In this document: positions 39,491 to 53,300 of the stretch, one piece after another
How the letters are laid out: the number at the start of each line of letters is the position of its first letter
How positions within the stretch are numbered: the first letter of the stretch is position 1
Assembly (NCBI RefSeq): GCF_009914755.1
Contig: NC_060939.1
DNA from: the human T2T-CHM13v2.0 reference genome, Homo sapiens
Direction: 5' to 3' (one strand)
Length of the DNA stretch: 64,000 nt
Made by a program: the position numbers and the translations under genes
The notes under the pieces: generated by a model
The model's input: the letters and a program-made list of their open reading frames with translations, nothing else
What the model was told of the DNA's origin: nothing
Database searches by the model: none

Positions 39491-42400
39491 ACTAGTTTTT
39501 ATTTGAAGATATTTCCCTTTTCACCTTAGGCCTAAGAGTGCTCGAAATGTCCATTTCCACATACTCCACAAAGTGTGTTTCAAACGTGCTGTATGAAAGG
39601 GAATGTTCAACTCTATGAGTTGAATGCAAACATCACAAAGAAGACTCTGAGAATGCTTTTGTCTAGATTTTATATGAAGATATTCCCGTGTCCAACGAAA
39701 TTTTCAAAGGTCTCCAAATATCCATTTGTAGATTCTACAAAAAGAGTGTTTCCAAACTGCTGTATCAAAACAAAGGTTGAACTCTGTGAGTTGAGGACAC
39801 ACATCACAAATAAGTTTCTGAGAATGCTTCTGTCTAGTTTTTATTTGAAGATGTTTCCTTTTTCACCATAGGCCTGAAAGCGCTCGAAATGTCCACTTCC
39901 AGATAGTACAGAAAGAGTGTTTCAAACCTGCTCTATGAACGGGAATGTTCAGCTCTGTGAGTTGAATGCAAACATCACAAAGCAGGTTCTGAGAATGCTT
40001 CCGTCTAGATTTTAAATGAGGATATTCCCGTTTCCAACGAAATCCTCGAAGCTATCCAAATATCCACTTGCAGATTCCACAAAAAGAGTGTTTCAAAACT
40101 GCTCTGTCAAAAGATAGGTTCAACTCTGTTAGTTGAGTACACACATGGCAAACAAGATTCCGAGAATGCTTTCGTCTAGTTTTTTTGGGAAGATATTTCC
40201 TTCTTCACCATAGGCCTCAAAGCGCTCCAAATATCCATTTCCACATGCTATACAAAGAGTGTCTCAAACCTGCTGTATGAATGGGAATGTTCAACTCTAT
40301 GAGTTGAATGCAAACATCACAAAGAAGTTTCTGAGAATGCTGCTGTCTAGATTTTATATGAAGGTTTTCCCGCTTCCAACGAAATTTTCAATGCTCTCAA
40401 AATATCCTCTTGTAGATTCTACAAAAAGAGTGTTTCCAAACTGCTGTATCAAAACAAAGGTTCATCTCTGTTAGTTGAGGACACACATCACAAATAAGTT
40501 TCTGAGAATGCTTCTGTCTAGTTCTTATTTGAAGACATTTCCTTTCTCACCTTAGGCCTGAAAGCGCTCGAAATACCCACTTCCAGATACTACAGAAACA
40601 GTGATTCAAACCTGCTCTATGAAAGGGAATGTTCAACTAGGTGACTTGAATGCAAACATCACAAAGCAGTTTCTGAGAATGCTGCTGTCTACTTTCTATT
40701 TGTAATCCCGTTTCCAACGAAATCCTCAGAACTATCGAAATTTCCAATTGCAGATTCCACAGAAACAGGGTTTCAAAGCTGCTCTGTAAAAAGAAAGGTT
40801 CAACTCTGTTAGTTGAATACACACGTCACAAACAAGTTTCTGAGAATGCTTCTGTCTAGTTTTTATGGGAAGATATTTCCTTTTTCACCGTAGGCCTCAA
40901 AGCGCTCCAAATGTCCACTTCCACATACTACAAAAAGAGTGTTTCAAACCTGCTGTATGAAAGGGAATGTTCAACTCTATGAGTTGAATGCAAACATTAC
41001 AAAGAAGTTTCTGAGAATGCTTCTGTCTAGATTTTATATGAAGGTTTTCCCGTTTCCAACGAAATTTTCAATGCTCTCAAAATATCCACTTGTAGATTCT
41101 ACAAAAAGAGTGTTTCCAAACTGCTGTGTCAAAAGAAAGGTTCAACTCTGTTAGTTGAGGACACACATCACAAATAAGTTTCTGAGAATGCTTCTGTCTA
41201 GTTCTTATTTGAAGACATTTCCTTTCTCACCTTAGGCTTGAAAACGCTCGAAATATCCACTTCCAGATACGACAGAAACAGTGATTCAAACCTGCTCTAT
41301 GAAAGGGAATGTTCAACTAGGTGACTTGAATGCAAACATCACAAAGCAGTTTCTGAGAATGCTGCTGTCTACTTTCTATTTGTAATCCCGTTTCCAACGA
41401 AATCCTCAGAACTATCGAAATTTCCAATTGCAGATTCCACAAAAAGCGTGTTTCAAAGCTGCTCTGTAAAAAGAAAGGTTCAACTCTGTTAGTTGAATAC
41501 ACACGTCACAAACAAGTTTCTGAGAATGCTTCTGTCTAGTTTTTATGGGAAGATATTTCCTTTTTCACCGTAGGCCTCAAAGCGCTCCAAATGTCCACTT
41601 CCACATACTACAAAAAGAGTGTTTCAAACCTGCTCTATGATAGGGAATGTTGAAACCTATGAGTTGAATGCAAGCATTACAAAGAGGTTTCTGAGAATGC
41701 TTCTGTCTAGATTTTATATGTAGATATTCCCGTTTCCAACGAAATCCTCAAAGCTATCCAAATATCAACTTGCAGATTCTACAAAAGGAATGTTTCCAAA
41801 ATGCTGTATCCAAACAAAGGTTCAACTCTGTGAATTGAGGGCATACATCACAAAGAAGATTCTGAGAATGCTTCTGTCTAGATTTTATATGAAAATATTC
41901 CCGTTTCCAACGAAATCCTCAAAGCTATCCAAATATCCACTTGCAAATGCCACAAAAAGAGTGTTTCCAAACTGCTCTGTGAAAATGAAGGTTCAACTCT
42001 GTTAGTTGAGTACACACATCACAAAGAGGTTTCTGAGAATGCTGCTGACTAGTTTTTATTTGAAGATATTTCCCTTTTCACCTTAGGCCTAAGAGTGCTC
42101 GAAATGTCCATTTCCACATACTCCACAAAGTGTGTTTCAAACGTGCTGTATGAAAGGGAATGTTCAACTCTATGAGTTGAATGCAAACATCACAAAGAAG
42201 ATTCTGAGAATGCTTTTGTCTAGATTTTATATGAAGATATTCCCGTGTCCAACGAAATTTTCAAAGGTCTCCAAATATCCATTTGTAGATTCTACAAAAA
42301 GAGTGTTTCCAAACTGCTGTATCAAAACAAAGGTTGAACTCTGTGAGTTGAGGACACACATCACAAATAAGTTTCTGAGAATGCTTCTGTCTAGTTTTTA

Positions 42401-45400
42401 TTTGAAGATGTTTCCTTTTTCACCATAGGCCTGAAAGCGCTCGAAATGTCCACTTCCAGATAGTACAGAAAGAGTGTTTCAAACCTGCTCTATGAACGGG
42501 AATGTTCAGCTCTGTGAGTTGAATGCAAACATCACAAAGCAGGTTCTGAGAATGCTTCCGTCTAGATTTTAAATGAGGATATTCCCGTTTCCAACGAAAT
42601 CCTCGAAGCTATCCAAATATCCACTTGCAGATTCCACAAAAAGAGTGTTTCAAAACTGCTCTGTCAAAAGATAGGTTCAACTCTGTTAGTTGAGTACACA
42701 CATGGCAAACAAGATTGCGAGAATGCTTTCGTCTAGTTTTTTTGGGAAGATATTTCCTTCTTCACCATAGGCCTCAAAGCGCTCCAAATATCCATTTCCA
42801 CATGCTATACAAAGAGTGTCTCAAACCTGCTGTATGAATGGGAATGTTCAACTCTATGAGTTGAATGCAAACATCACAAAGAAGTTTCTGAGAATGCTGC
42901 TGTCTAGATTTTATATGAAGGTTTTCCCGCTTCCAACGAAATTTTCAATGCTCTCAAAATATCCTCTTGTAGATTCTACAAAAAGAGTGTTTCCAAACTG
43001 CTGTATCAAAACAAAGGTTCATCTCTGTTAGTTGAGGACACACATCACAAATAAGTTTCTGAGAATGCTTCTGTCTAGTTCTTATTTGAAGACATTTCCT
43101 TTCTCACCTTAGGCCTGAAAGCGCTCGAAATACCCACTTCCAGATACTACAGAAACAGTGATTCAAACCTGCTCTATGAAAGGGAATGTTCAACTAGGTG
43201 ACTTGAATGCAAACATCACAAAGCAGTTTCTGAGAATGCTGCTGTCTACTTTCTATTTGTAATCCCGTTTCCAACGAAATCCTCAGAACTATCGAAATTT
43301 CCAATTGCAGATTCCACAGAAACAGGGTTTCAAAGCTGCTCTGTAAAAAGAAAGGTTCAACTCTGTTAGTTGAATACACACGTCACAAACAAGTTTCTGA
43401 GAATGCTTCTGTCTAGTTTTTATGGGAAGATATTTCCTTTTTCACCGTAGGCCTCAAAGCGCTCCAAATGTCCACGTCCACATACTACAAAAAGAGTGTT
43501 TCAAACCTGCTGTATGAAAGGGAATGTTCAACTCTATGAGTTGAATGCAAACATTACAAAGAAGTTTCTGAGAATGCTTCTGTCTAGATTTTATATGAAG
43601 GTTTTCCCGTTTCCAACGAAATTTTCAATGCTCTCAAAATATCCACTTGTAGATTCTACAAAAAGAGTGTTTCCAAACTGCTGTGTCAAAAGAAAGGTTC
43701 AACTCTGTTAGTTGAGGACACACATCACAAATAAGTTTCTGAGAATGCTTCTGTCTAGTTCTTATTTGAAGACATTTCCTTTCTCACCTTAGGCCTGAAA
43801 ACGCTCGAAATATCCACTTCCAGATACGACAGAAACAGTGATTCAAACCTGCTCTATGAAAGGGAATGTTCAACTAGGTGACTTGAATGCAAACATCACA
43901 AAGCAGTTTCTGAGAATGCTGCTGTCTACTTTCTATTTGTAATCCCGTTTCCAACGAAATCCTCAGAACTATCGAAATTTCCAATTGCAGATTCCACAAA
44001 AAGCGTGTTTCAAAGCTGCTCTGTAAAAAGAAAGGTTCAACTCTGTTAGTTGAATACACATGTCACAAACAAGTTTCTGAGAATGCTTCTGTCTAGTTTT
44101 TATGGGAAGATATTTCCTTTTTCACCGTAGGCCTCAAAGCGCTCCAAATGTCCACTTCCACATACTACAAAAAGAGTGTTTCAAACCTGCTCTATGATAG
44201 GGAATGTTGAAACCTATGAGTTGAATGCAAGCATTACAAAGAGGTTTCTGAGAATGCTTCTGTCTAGATTTTATATGTAGATATTCCCGTTTCCAACGAA
44301 ATCCTCAAAGCTATCCAAATATCAACTTGCAGATTCTACAAAAGGAATGTTTCCAAAATGCTGTATCCAAACAAAGGTTCAACTCTGTGAATTGAGGGCA
44401 TACATCACAAAGAAGATTCTGAGAATGCTTCTGTCTAGATTTTATATGAAAATATTCCCGTTTCCAACGAAATCCTCAAAGCTATCCAAATATCCACTTG
44501 CAAATGCCACAAAAAGAGTGTTTCCAAACTGCTCTGTGAAAAGGAAGGTTCAACTCTGTTAGTTGAGTACACACATCACAAAGAGGTTTCTGAGAATGCT
44601 GCTGACTAGTTTTTATTTGAAGATATTTCCCTTTTCACCTTAGGCCTAAGAGTGCTCGAAATGTCCATTTCCACATACTCCACAAAGTGTGTTTCAAACG
44701 TGCTGTATGAAAGGGAATGTTCAACTCTATCAGTTGAATGCAAACATCACAAAGAAGACTCTGAGAATGCTTTTGTCTAGATTTTATATGAAGATATTCC
44801 CGTGTCCAACGAAATTTTCAAAGGTCTCCAAATATCCATTTGTAGATTCTACAAAAAGAGTGTTTCCAAACTGCTGTATCAAAACAAAGGTTGAACTCTG
44901 TGAGTTGAGGACACACATCACAAATAAGTTTCTGAGAATGCTTCTGTCTAGTTTTTATTTGAAGATGTTTCCTTTTTCACCATAGGCCTGAAAGCGCTCG
45001 AAATGTCCACTTCCAGATAGTACAGAAAGAGTGTTTCAAACCTGCTCTATGAACGGGAATGTTCAGCTCTGTGAGTTGAATGCAAACATCACAAAGCAGG
45101 TTCTGAGAATGCTTCCGTCTAGATTTTAAATGAGGATATTCCCGTTTCCAACGAAATCCTCGAAGCTATCCAAATATCCACTTGCAGATTCCACAAAAAG
45201 AGTGTTTCAAAACTGCTCTGTCAAAAGATAGGTTCAACTCTGTTAGTTGAGTACACACATGGCAAACAAGATTGCGAGAATGCTTTCGTCTAGTTTTTTT
45301 GGGAAGATATTTCCTTCTTCACCATAGGCCTCAAAGCGCTCCAAATATCCATTTCCACATGCTATACAAAGAGTGTCTCAAACCTGCTGTATGAATGGGA

Positions 45401-47161
45401 ATGTTCAACTCTATGAGTTGAATGCAAACATCACAAAGAAGTTTCTGAGAATGCTGCTGTCTAGATTTTATATGAAGGTTTTCCCGCTTCCAACGAAATT
45501 TTCAATGCTCTCAAAATATCCTCTTGTAGATTCTACAAAAAGAGTGTTTCCAAACTGCTGTATCAAAACAAAGGTTCATCTCTGTTAGTTGAGGACACAC
45601 ATCACAAATAAGTTTCTGAGAATGCTTCTGTCTAGTTCTTATTTGAAGACATTTCCTTTCTCACCTTAGGCCTGAAAGCGCTCGAAATACCCACTTCCAG
45701 ATACTACAGAAACAGTGATTCAAACCTGCTCTATGAAAGGGAATGTTCAACTAGGTGACTTGAATGCAAACATCACAAAGCAGTTTCTGAGAATGCTGCT
45801 GTCTACTTTCTATTTGTAATCCCGTTTCCAACGAAATCCTCAGAACTATCGAAATTTCCAATTGCAGATTCCACAGAAACAGGGTTTCAAAGCTGCTCTG
45901 TAAAAAGAAAGGTTCAACTCTGTTAGTTGAATACACACGTCACAAACAAGTTTCTGAGAATGCTTCTGTCTAGTTTTTATGGGAAGATATTTCCTTTTTC
46001 ACCGTAGGCCTCAAAGCGCTCCAAATGTCCACGTCCACATACTAAAAAAAGAGTGTTTCAAACCTGCTGTATGAAAGGGAATGTTCAACTCTATGAGTTG
46101 AATGCAAACATTACAAAGAAGTTTCTGAGAATGCTTCTGTCTAGATTTTATATGAAGGTTTTCCCGTTTCCAACGAAATTTTCAATGCTCTCAAAATATC
46201 CACTTGTAGATTCTACAAAAAGAGTGTTTCCAAACTGCTGTGTCAAAAGAAAGGTTCAACTCTGTTAGTTGAGGACACACATCACAAATAAGTTTCTGAG
46301 AATGCTTCTGTCTAGTTCTTATTTGAAGACATTTCCTTTCTCACCTTAGGCCTGAAAACGCTCGAAATATCCACTTCCAGATACGACAGAAACAGTGATT
46401 CAAACCTGCTCTATGAAAGGGAATGTTCAACTATGTGACTTGAATGCAAACATCACAAAGCAGTTTCTGAGAATGCTGCTGTCTACTTTCTATTTGTAAT
46501 CCCGTTTCCAACGAAATCCTCAGAACTATCGAAATTTCCAATTGCAGATTCCACAAAAAGCGTGTTTCAAAGCTGCTCTGTAAAAAGAAAGGTTCAACTC
46601 TGTTAGTTGAATACACACGTCACAAACAAGTTTCTGAGAATGCTTCTGTCTAGTTTTTATGGGAAGATATTTCCTTTTTCACCGTAGGCCTCAAAGCGCT
46701 CCAAATGTCCACTTCCACATACTACAAAAAGAGTGTTTCAAACCTGCTCTATGATAGGGAATGTTGAAACCTATGAGTTGAATGCAAGCATTACAAAGAG
46801 GTTTCTGAGAATGCTTCTGTCTAGATTTTATATGTAGATATTCCCGTTTCCAACGAAATCCTCAAAGCTATCCAAATATCAGCTTGCAGATTCTGCAAAA
46901 GGAATGTTTCCAAAATGCTGTATCCAAACAAAGGTTCAACTCTGTGAATTGAGGGCATACATCACAAAGAAGATTCTGAGAATGCTTCTGTCTAGATTTT
47001 ATATGAAAATATTCCCGTTTCCAACGAAATCCTCAAAGCTATCCAAATATCCACTTGCAAATGCCACAAAAAGAGTGTTTCCAAACTGCTCTGTGAAAAG
47101 GAAGGTTCAACTCTGTTAGTTGAGTACACACATCACAAAGAGGTTTCTGAGAATGCTGCTG
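39491..47161. repeat. Three tandem 15-mer HORs
   Basis: Marker spacing 39233, 41790, 44347, 46904 (2557 each). Confidence 0.95.
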
Positions 47162-50100
47162 ACTAGTTTTTATTTGAAGATATTTCCCTTTTCACCTTAG
47201 GCCTAAGAGTGCTCGAAATGTCCATTTCCACATACTCCACAAAGTGTGTTTCAAACGTGCTGTATGAAAGGGAATGTTCAACTCTATGAGTTGAATGCAA
47301 ACATCACAAAGAAGATTCTGAGAATGCTTTTGTCTAGATTTTATATGAAGATATTCCCGTGTCCAACGAAATTTTCAAAGGTCTCCAAATATCCATTTGT
47401 AGATTCTACAAAAAGAGTGTTTCCAAACTGCTGTATCAAAACAAAGGTTGAACTCTGTGAGTTGAGGACACACATCACAAATAAGTTTCTGAGAATGCTT
47501 CTGTCTAGTTTTTATTTGAAGATGTTTCCTTTTTCACCATAGGCCTGAAAGCGCTCGAAATGTCCACTTCCAGATAGTACAGAAAGAGTGTTTCAAACCT
47601 GCTCTATGAACGGGAATGTTCAGCTCTGTGAGTTGAATGCAAACATCACAAAGCAGGTTCTGAGAATGCTTCCGTCTAGATTTTAAATGAGGATATTCCC
47701 GTTTCCAACGAAATCCTCGAAGCTATCCAAATATCCACTTGCAGATTCCACAAAAAGAGTGTTTCAAAACTGCTCTGTCAAAAGATAGGTTCAACTCTGT
47801 TAGTTGAGTACACACATGGCAAACAAGATTGCGAGAATGCTTTCGTCTAGTTTTTTTGGGAAGATATTTCCTTCTTCACCATAGGCCTCAAAGCGCTCCA
47901 AATATCCATTTCCACATGCTATACAAAGAGTGTCTCAAACCTGCTGTATGAATGGGAATGTTCAACTCTATGAGTTGAATGCAAACATCACAAAGAAGTT
48001 TCTGAGAATGCTGCTGTCTAGATTTTATATGAAGGTTTTCCCGCTTCCAACGAAATTTTCAATGCTCTCAAAATATCCTCTTGTAGATTCTACAAAAAGA
48101 GTGTTTCCAAACTGCTGTATCAAAACAAAGGTTCATCTCTGTTAGTTGAGGACACACATCACAAATAAGTTTCTGAGAATGCTTCTGTCTAGTTCTTATT
48201 TGAAGACATTTCCTTTCTCACCTTAGGCCTGAAAGCGCTCGAAATACCCACTTCCAGATACTACAGAAACAGTGATTCAAACCTGCTCTATGAAAGGGAA
48301 TGTTCAACTAGGTGACTTGAATGCAAACATCACAAAGCAGTTTCTGAGAATGCTGCTGTCTACTTTCTATTTGTAATCCCGTTTCCAACGAAATCCTCAG
48401 AACTATCGAAATTTCCAATTGCAGATTCCACAGAAACAGGGTTTCAAAGCTGCTCTGTAAAAAGAAAGGTTCAACTCTGTTAGTTGAATACACACGTCAC
48501 AAACAAGTTTCTGAGAATGCTTCTGTCTAGTTTTTATGGGAAGATATTTCCTTTTTCACCGTAGGCCTCAAAGCGCTCCAAATGTCCACGTCCACATACT
48601 ACAAAAAGAGTGTTTCAAACCTGCTGTATGAAAGGGAATGTTCAACTCTATGAGTTGAATGCAAACATTACAAAGAAGTTTCTGAGAATGCTTCTGTCTA
48701 GATTTTATATGAAGGTTTTCCCGTTTCCAACGAAATTTTCAATGCTCTCAAAATATCCACTTGTAGATTCTACAAAAAGAGTGTTTCCAAACTGCTGTAT
48801 CAAAACAAAGGTTCATCTCTGTTAGTTGAGGACACACATCACAAATAAGTTTCTGAGAATGCTTCTGTCTAGTTCTTATTTGAAGACATTTCCTTTCTCA
48901 CCTTAGGCCTGAAAGCGCTCGAAATACCCACTTCCAGATACTACAGAAACAGTGATTCAAACCTGCTCTATGAAAGGGAATGTTCAACTAGGTGACTTGA
49001 ATGCAAACATCACAAAGCAGTTTCTGAGAATGCTGCTGTCTACTTTCTATTTGTAATCCCGTTTCCAACGAAATCCTCAGAACTATCGAAATTTCCAATT
49101 GCAGATTCCACAGAAACAGGGTTTCAAAGCTGCTCTGTAAAAAGAAAGGTTCAACTCTGTTAGTTGAATACACACGTCACAAACAAGTTTCTGAGAATGC
49201 TTCTGTCTAGTTTTTATGGGAAGATATTTCCTTTTTCACCGTAGGCCTCAAAGCGCTCCAAATGTCCACTTCCACATACTACAAAAAGAGTGTTTCAAAC
49301 CTGCTGTATGAAAGGGAATGTTCAACTCTATGAGTTGAATGCAAACATTACAAAGAAGTTTCTGAGAATGCTTCTGTCTAGATTTTATATGAAGGTTTTC
49401 CCGTTTCCAACGAAATTTTCAATGCTCTCAAAATATCCACTTGTAGATTCTACAAAAAGAGTGTTTCCAAACTGCTGTGTCAAAAGAAAGGTTCAACTCT
49501 GTTAGTTGAGGACACACATCACAAATAAGTTTCTGAGAATGCTTCTGTCTAGTTCTTATTTGAAGACATTTCCTTTCTCACCTTAGGCTTGAAAACGCTC
49601 GAAATATCCACTTCCAGATACGACAGAAACAGTGATTCAAACCTGCTCTATGAAAGGGAATGTTCAACTAGGTGACTTGAATGCAAACATCACAAAGCAG
49701 TTTCTGAGAATGCTGCTGTCTACTTTCTATTTGTAATCCCGTTTCCAACGAAATCCTCAGAACTATCGAAATTTCCAATTGCAGATTCCACAAAAAGCGT
49801 GTTTCAAAGCTGCTCTGTAAAAAGAAAGGTTCAACTCTGTTAGTTGAATACACACGTCACAAACAAGTTTCTGAGAATGCTTCTGTCTAGTTTTTATGGG
49901 AAGATATTTCCTTTTTCACCGTAGGCCTCAAAGCGCTCCAAATGTCCACTTCCACATACTACAAAAAGAGTGTTTCAAACCTGCTCTATGATAGGGAATG
50001 TTGAAACCTATGAGTTGAATGCAAGCATTACAAAGAGGTTTCTGAGAATGCTTCTGTCTAGATTTTATATGTAGATATTCCCGTTTCCAACGAAATCCTC

Positions 50101-50398
50101 AAAGCTATCCAAATATCAACTTGCAGATTCTACAAAAGGAATGTTTCCAAAATGCTGTATCCAAACAAAGGTTCAACTCTGTGAATTGAGGGCATACATC
50201 ACAAAGAAGATTCTGAGAATGCTTCTGTCTAGATTTTATATGAAAATATTCCCGTTTCCAACGAAATCCTCAAAGCTATCCAAATATCCACTTGCAAATG
50301 CCACAAAAAGAGTGTTTCCAAACTGCTCTGTGAAAATGAAGGTTCAACTCTGTTAGTTGAGTACACACATCACAAAGAGGTTTCTGAGAATGCTGCTG
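47162..50398. repeat. 19-mer HOR, 3237 bp (three copies of the 680-bp tetramer)
   Basis: 2557+680=3237. ORFs at 47930, 48610 and 49290 are 680 apart, and the middle copy starts with an h'/h hybrid monomer. Confidence 0.93.
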
Positions 50399-53300
50399 AC
50401 TAGTTTTTATTTGAAGATATTTCCCTTTTCACCTTAGGCCTAAGAGTGCTCGAAATGTCCATTTCCACATACTCCACAAAGTGTGTTTCAAACGTGCTGT
50501 ATGAAAGGGAATGTTCAACTCTATGAGTTGAATGCAAACATCACAAAGAAGATTCTGAGAATGCTTTTGTCTAGATTTTATATGAAGATATTCCCGTGTC
50601 CAACGAAATTTTCAAAGGTCTCCAAATATCCATTTGTAGATTCTACAAAAAGAGTGTTTCCAAACTGCTGTATCAAAACAAAGGTTGAACTCTGTGAGTT
50701 GAGGACACACATCACAAATAAGTTTCTGAGAATGCTTCTGTCTAGTTTTTATTTGAAGATGTTTCCTTTTTCACCATAGGCCTGAAAGCGCTCGAAATGT
50801 CCACTTCCAGATAGTACAGAAAGAGTGTTTCAAACCTGCTCTATGAACGGGAATGTTCAGCTCTGTGAGTTGAATGCAAACATCACAAAGCAGGTTCTGA
50901 GAATGCTTCCGTCTAGATTTTAAATGAGGATATTCCCGTTTCCAACGAAATCCTCGAAGCTATCCAAATATCCACTTGCAGATTCCACAAAAAGAGTGTT
51001 TCAAAACTGCTCTGTCAAAAGATAGGTTCAACTCTGTTAGTTGAGTACACACATGGCAAACAAGATTGCGAGAATGCTTTCGTCTAGTTTTTTTGGGAAG
51101 ATATTTCCTTCTTCACCATAGGCCTCAAAGCGCTCCAAATATCCATTTCCACATGCTATACAAAGAGTGTCTCAAACCTGCTGTATGAATGGGAATGTTC
51201 AACTCTATGAGTTGAATGCAAACATCACAAAGAAGTTTCTGAGAATGCTGCTGTCTAGATTTTATATGAAGGTTTTCCCGCTTCCAACGAAATTTTCAAT
51301 GCTCTCAAAATATCCTCTTGTAGATTCTACAAAAAGAGTGTTTCCAAACTGCTGTATCAAAACAAAGGTTCATCTCTGTTAGTTGAGGACACACATCACA
51401 AATAAGTTTCTGAGAATGCTTCTGTCTAGTTCTTATTTGAAGACATTTCCTTTCTCACCTTAGGCCTGAAAGCGCTCGAAATACCCACTTCCAGATACTA
51501 CAGAAACAGTGATTCAAACCTGCTCTATGAAAGGGAATGTTCAACTAGGTGACTTGAATGCAAACATCACAAAGCAGTTTCTGAGAATGCTGCTGTCTAC
51601 TTTCTATTTGTAATCCCGTTTCCAACGAAATCCTCAGAACTATCGAAATTTCCAATTGCAGATTCCACAGAAACAGGGTTTCAAAGCTGCTCTGTAAAAA
51701 GAAAGGTTCAACTCTGTTAGTTGAATACACACGTCACAAACAAGTTTCTGAGAATGCTTCTGTCTAGTTTTTATGGGAAGATATTTCCTTTTTCACCGTA
51801 GGCCTCAAAGCGCTCCAAATGTCCACGTCCACATACTACAAAAAGAGTGTTTCAAACCTGCTGTATGAAAGGGAATGTTCAACTCTATGAGTTGAATGCA
51901 AACATTACAAAGAAGTTTCTGAGAATGCTTCTGTCTAGATTTTATATGAAGGTTTTCCCGTTTCCAACGAAATTTTCAATGCTCTCAAAATATCCACTTG
52001 TAGATTCTACAAAAAGAGTGTTTCCAAACTGCTGTGTCAAAAGAAAGGTTCAACTCTGTTAGTTGAGGACACACATCACAAATAAGTTTCTGAGAATGCT
52101 TCTGTCTAGTTCTTATTTGAAGACATTTCCTTTCTCACCTTAGGCCTGAAAACGCTCGAAATATCCACTTCCAGATACGACAGAAACAGTGATTCAAACC
52201 TGCTCTATGAAAGGGAATGTTCAACTAGGTGACTTGAATGCAAACATCACAAAGCAGTTTCTGAGAATGCTGCTGTCTACTTTCTATTTGTAATGCCGTT
52301 TCCAACGAAATCCTCAGAACTATCGAAATTTCCAATTGCAGATTCCACAAAAAGCGTGTTTCAAAGCTGCTCTGTAAAAAGAAAGGTTCAACTCTGTTAG
52401 TTGAATACACATGTCACAAACAAGTTTCTGAGAATGCTTCTGTCTAGTTTTTATGGGAAGATATTTCCTTTTTCACCGTAGGCCTCAAAGCGCTCCAAAT
52501 GTCCACTTCCACATACTACAAAAAGAGTGTTTCAAACCTGCTCTATGATAGGGAATGTTGAAACCTATGAGTTGAATGCAAGCATTACAAAGAGGTTTCT
52601 GAGAATGCTTCTGTCTAGATTTTATATGTAGATATTCCCGTTTCCAACGAAATCCTCAAAGCTATCCAAATATCAACTTGCAGATTCTACAAAAGGAATG
52701 TTTCCAAAATGCTGTATCCAAACAAAGGTTCAACTCTGTGAATTGAGGGCATACATCACAAAGAAGATTCTGAGAATGCTTCTGTCTAGATTTTATATGA
52801 AAATATTCCCGTTTCCAACGAAATCCTCAAAGCTATCCAAATATCCACTTGCAAATGCCACAAAAAGAGTGTTTCCAAACTGCTCTGTGAAAAGGAAGGT
52901 TCAACTCTGTTAGTTGAGTACACACATCACAAAGAGGTTTCTGAGAATGCTGCTGACTAGTTTTTATTTGAAGATATTTCCCTTTTCACCTTAGGCCTAA
53001 GAGTGCTCGAAATGTCCATTTCCACATACTCCACAAAGTGTGTTTCAAACGTGCTGTATGAAAGGGAATGTTCAACTCTATCAGTTGAATGCAAACATCA
53101 CAAAGAAGACTCTGAGAATGCTTTTGTCTAGATTTTATATGAAGATATTCCCGTGTCCAACGAAATTTTCAAAGGTCTCCAAATATCCATTTGTAGATTC
53201 TACAAAAAGAGTGTTTCCAAACTGCTGTATCAAAACAAAGGTTGAACTCTGTGAGTTGAGGACACACATCACAAATAAGTTTCTGAGAATGCTTCTGTCT

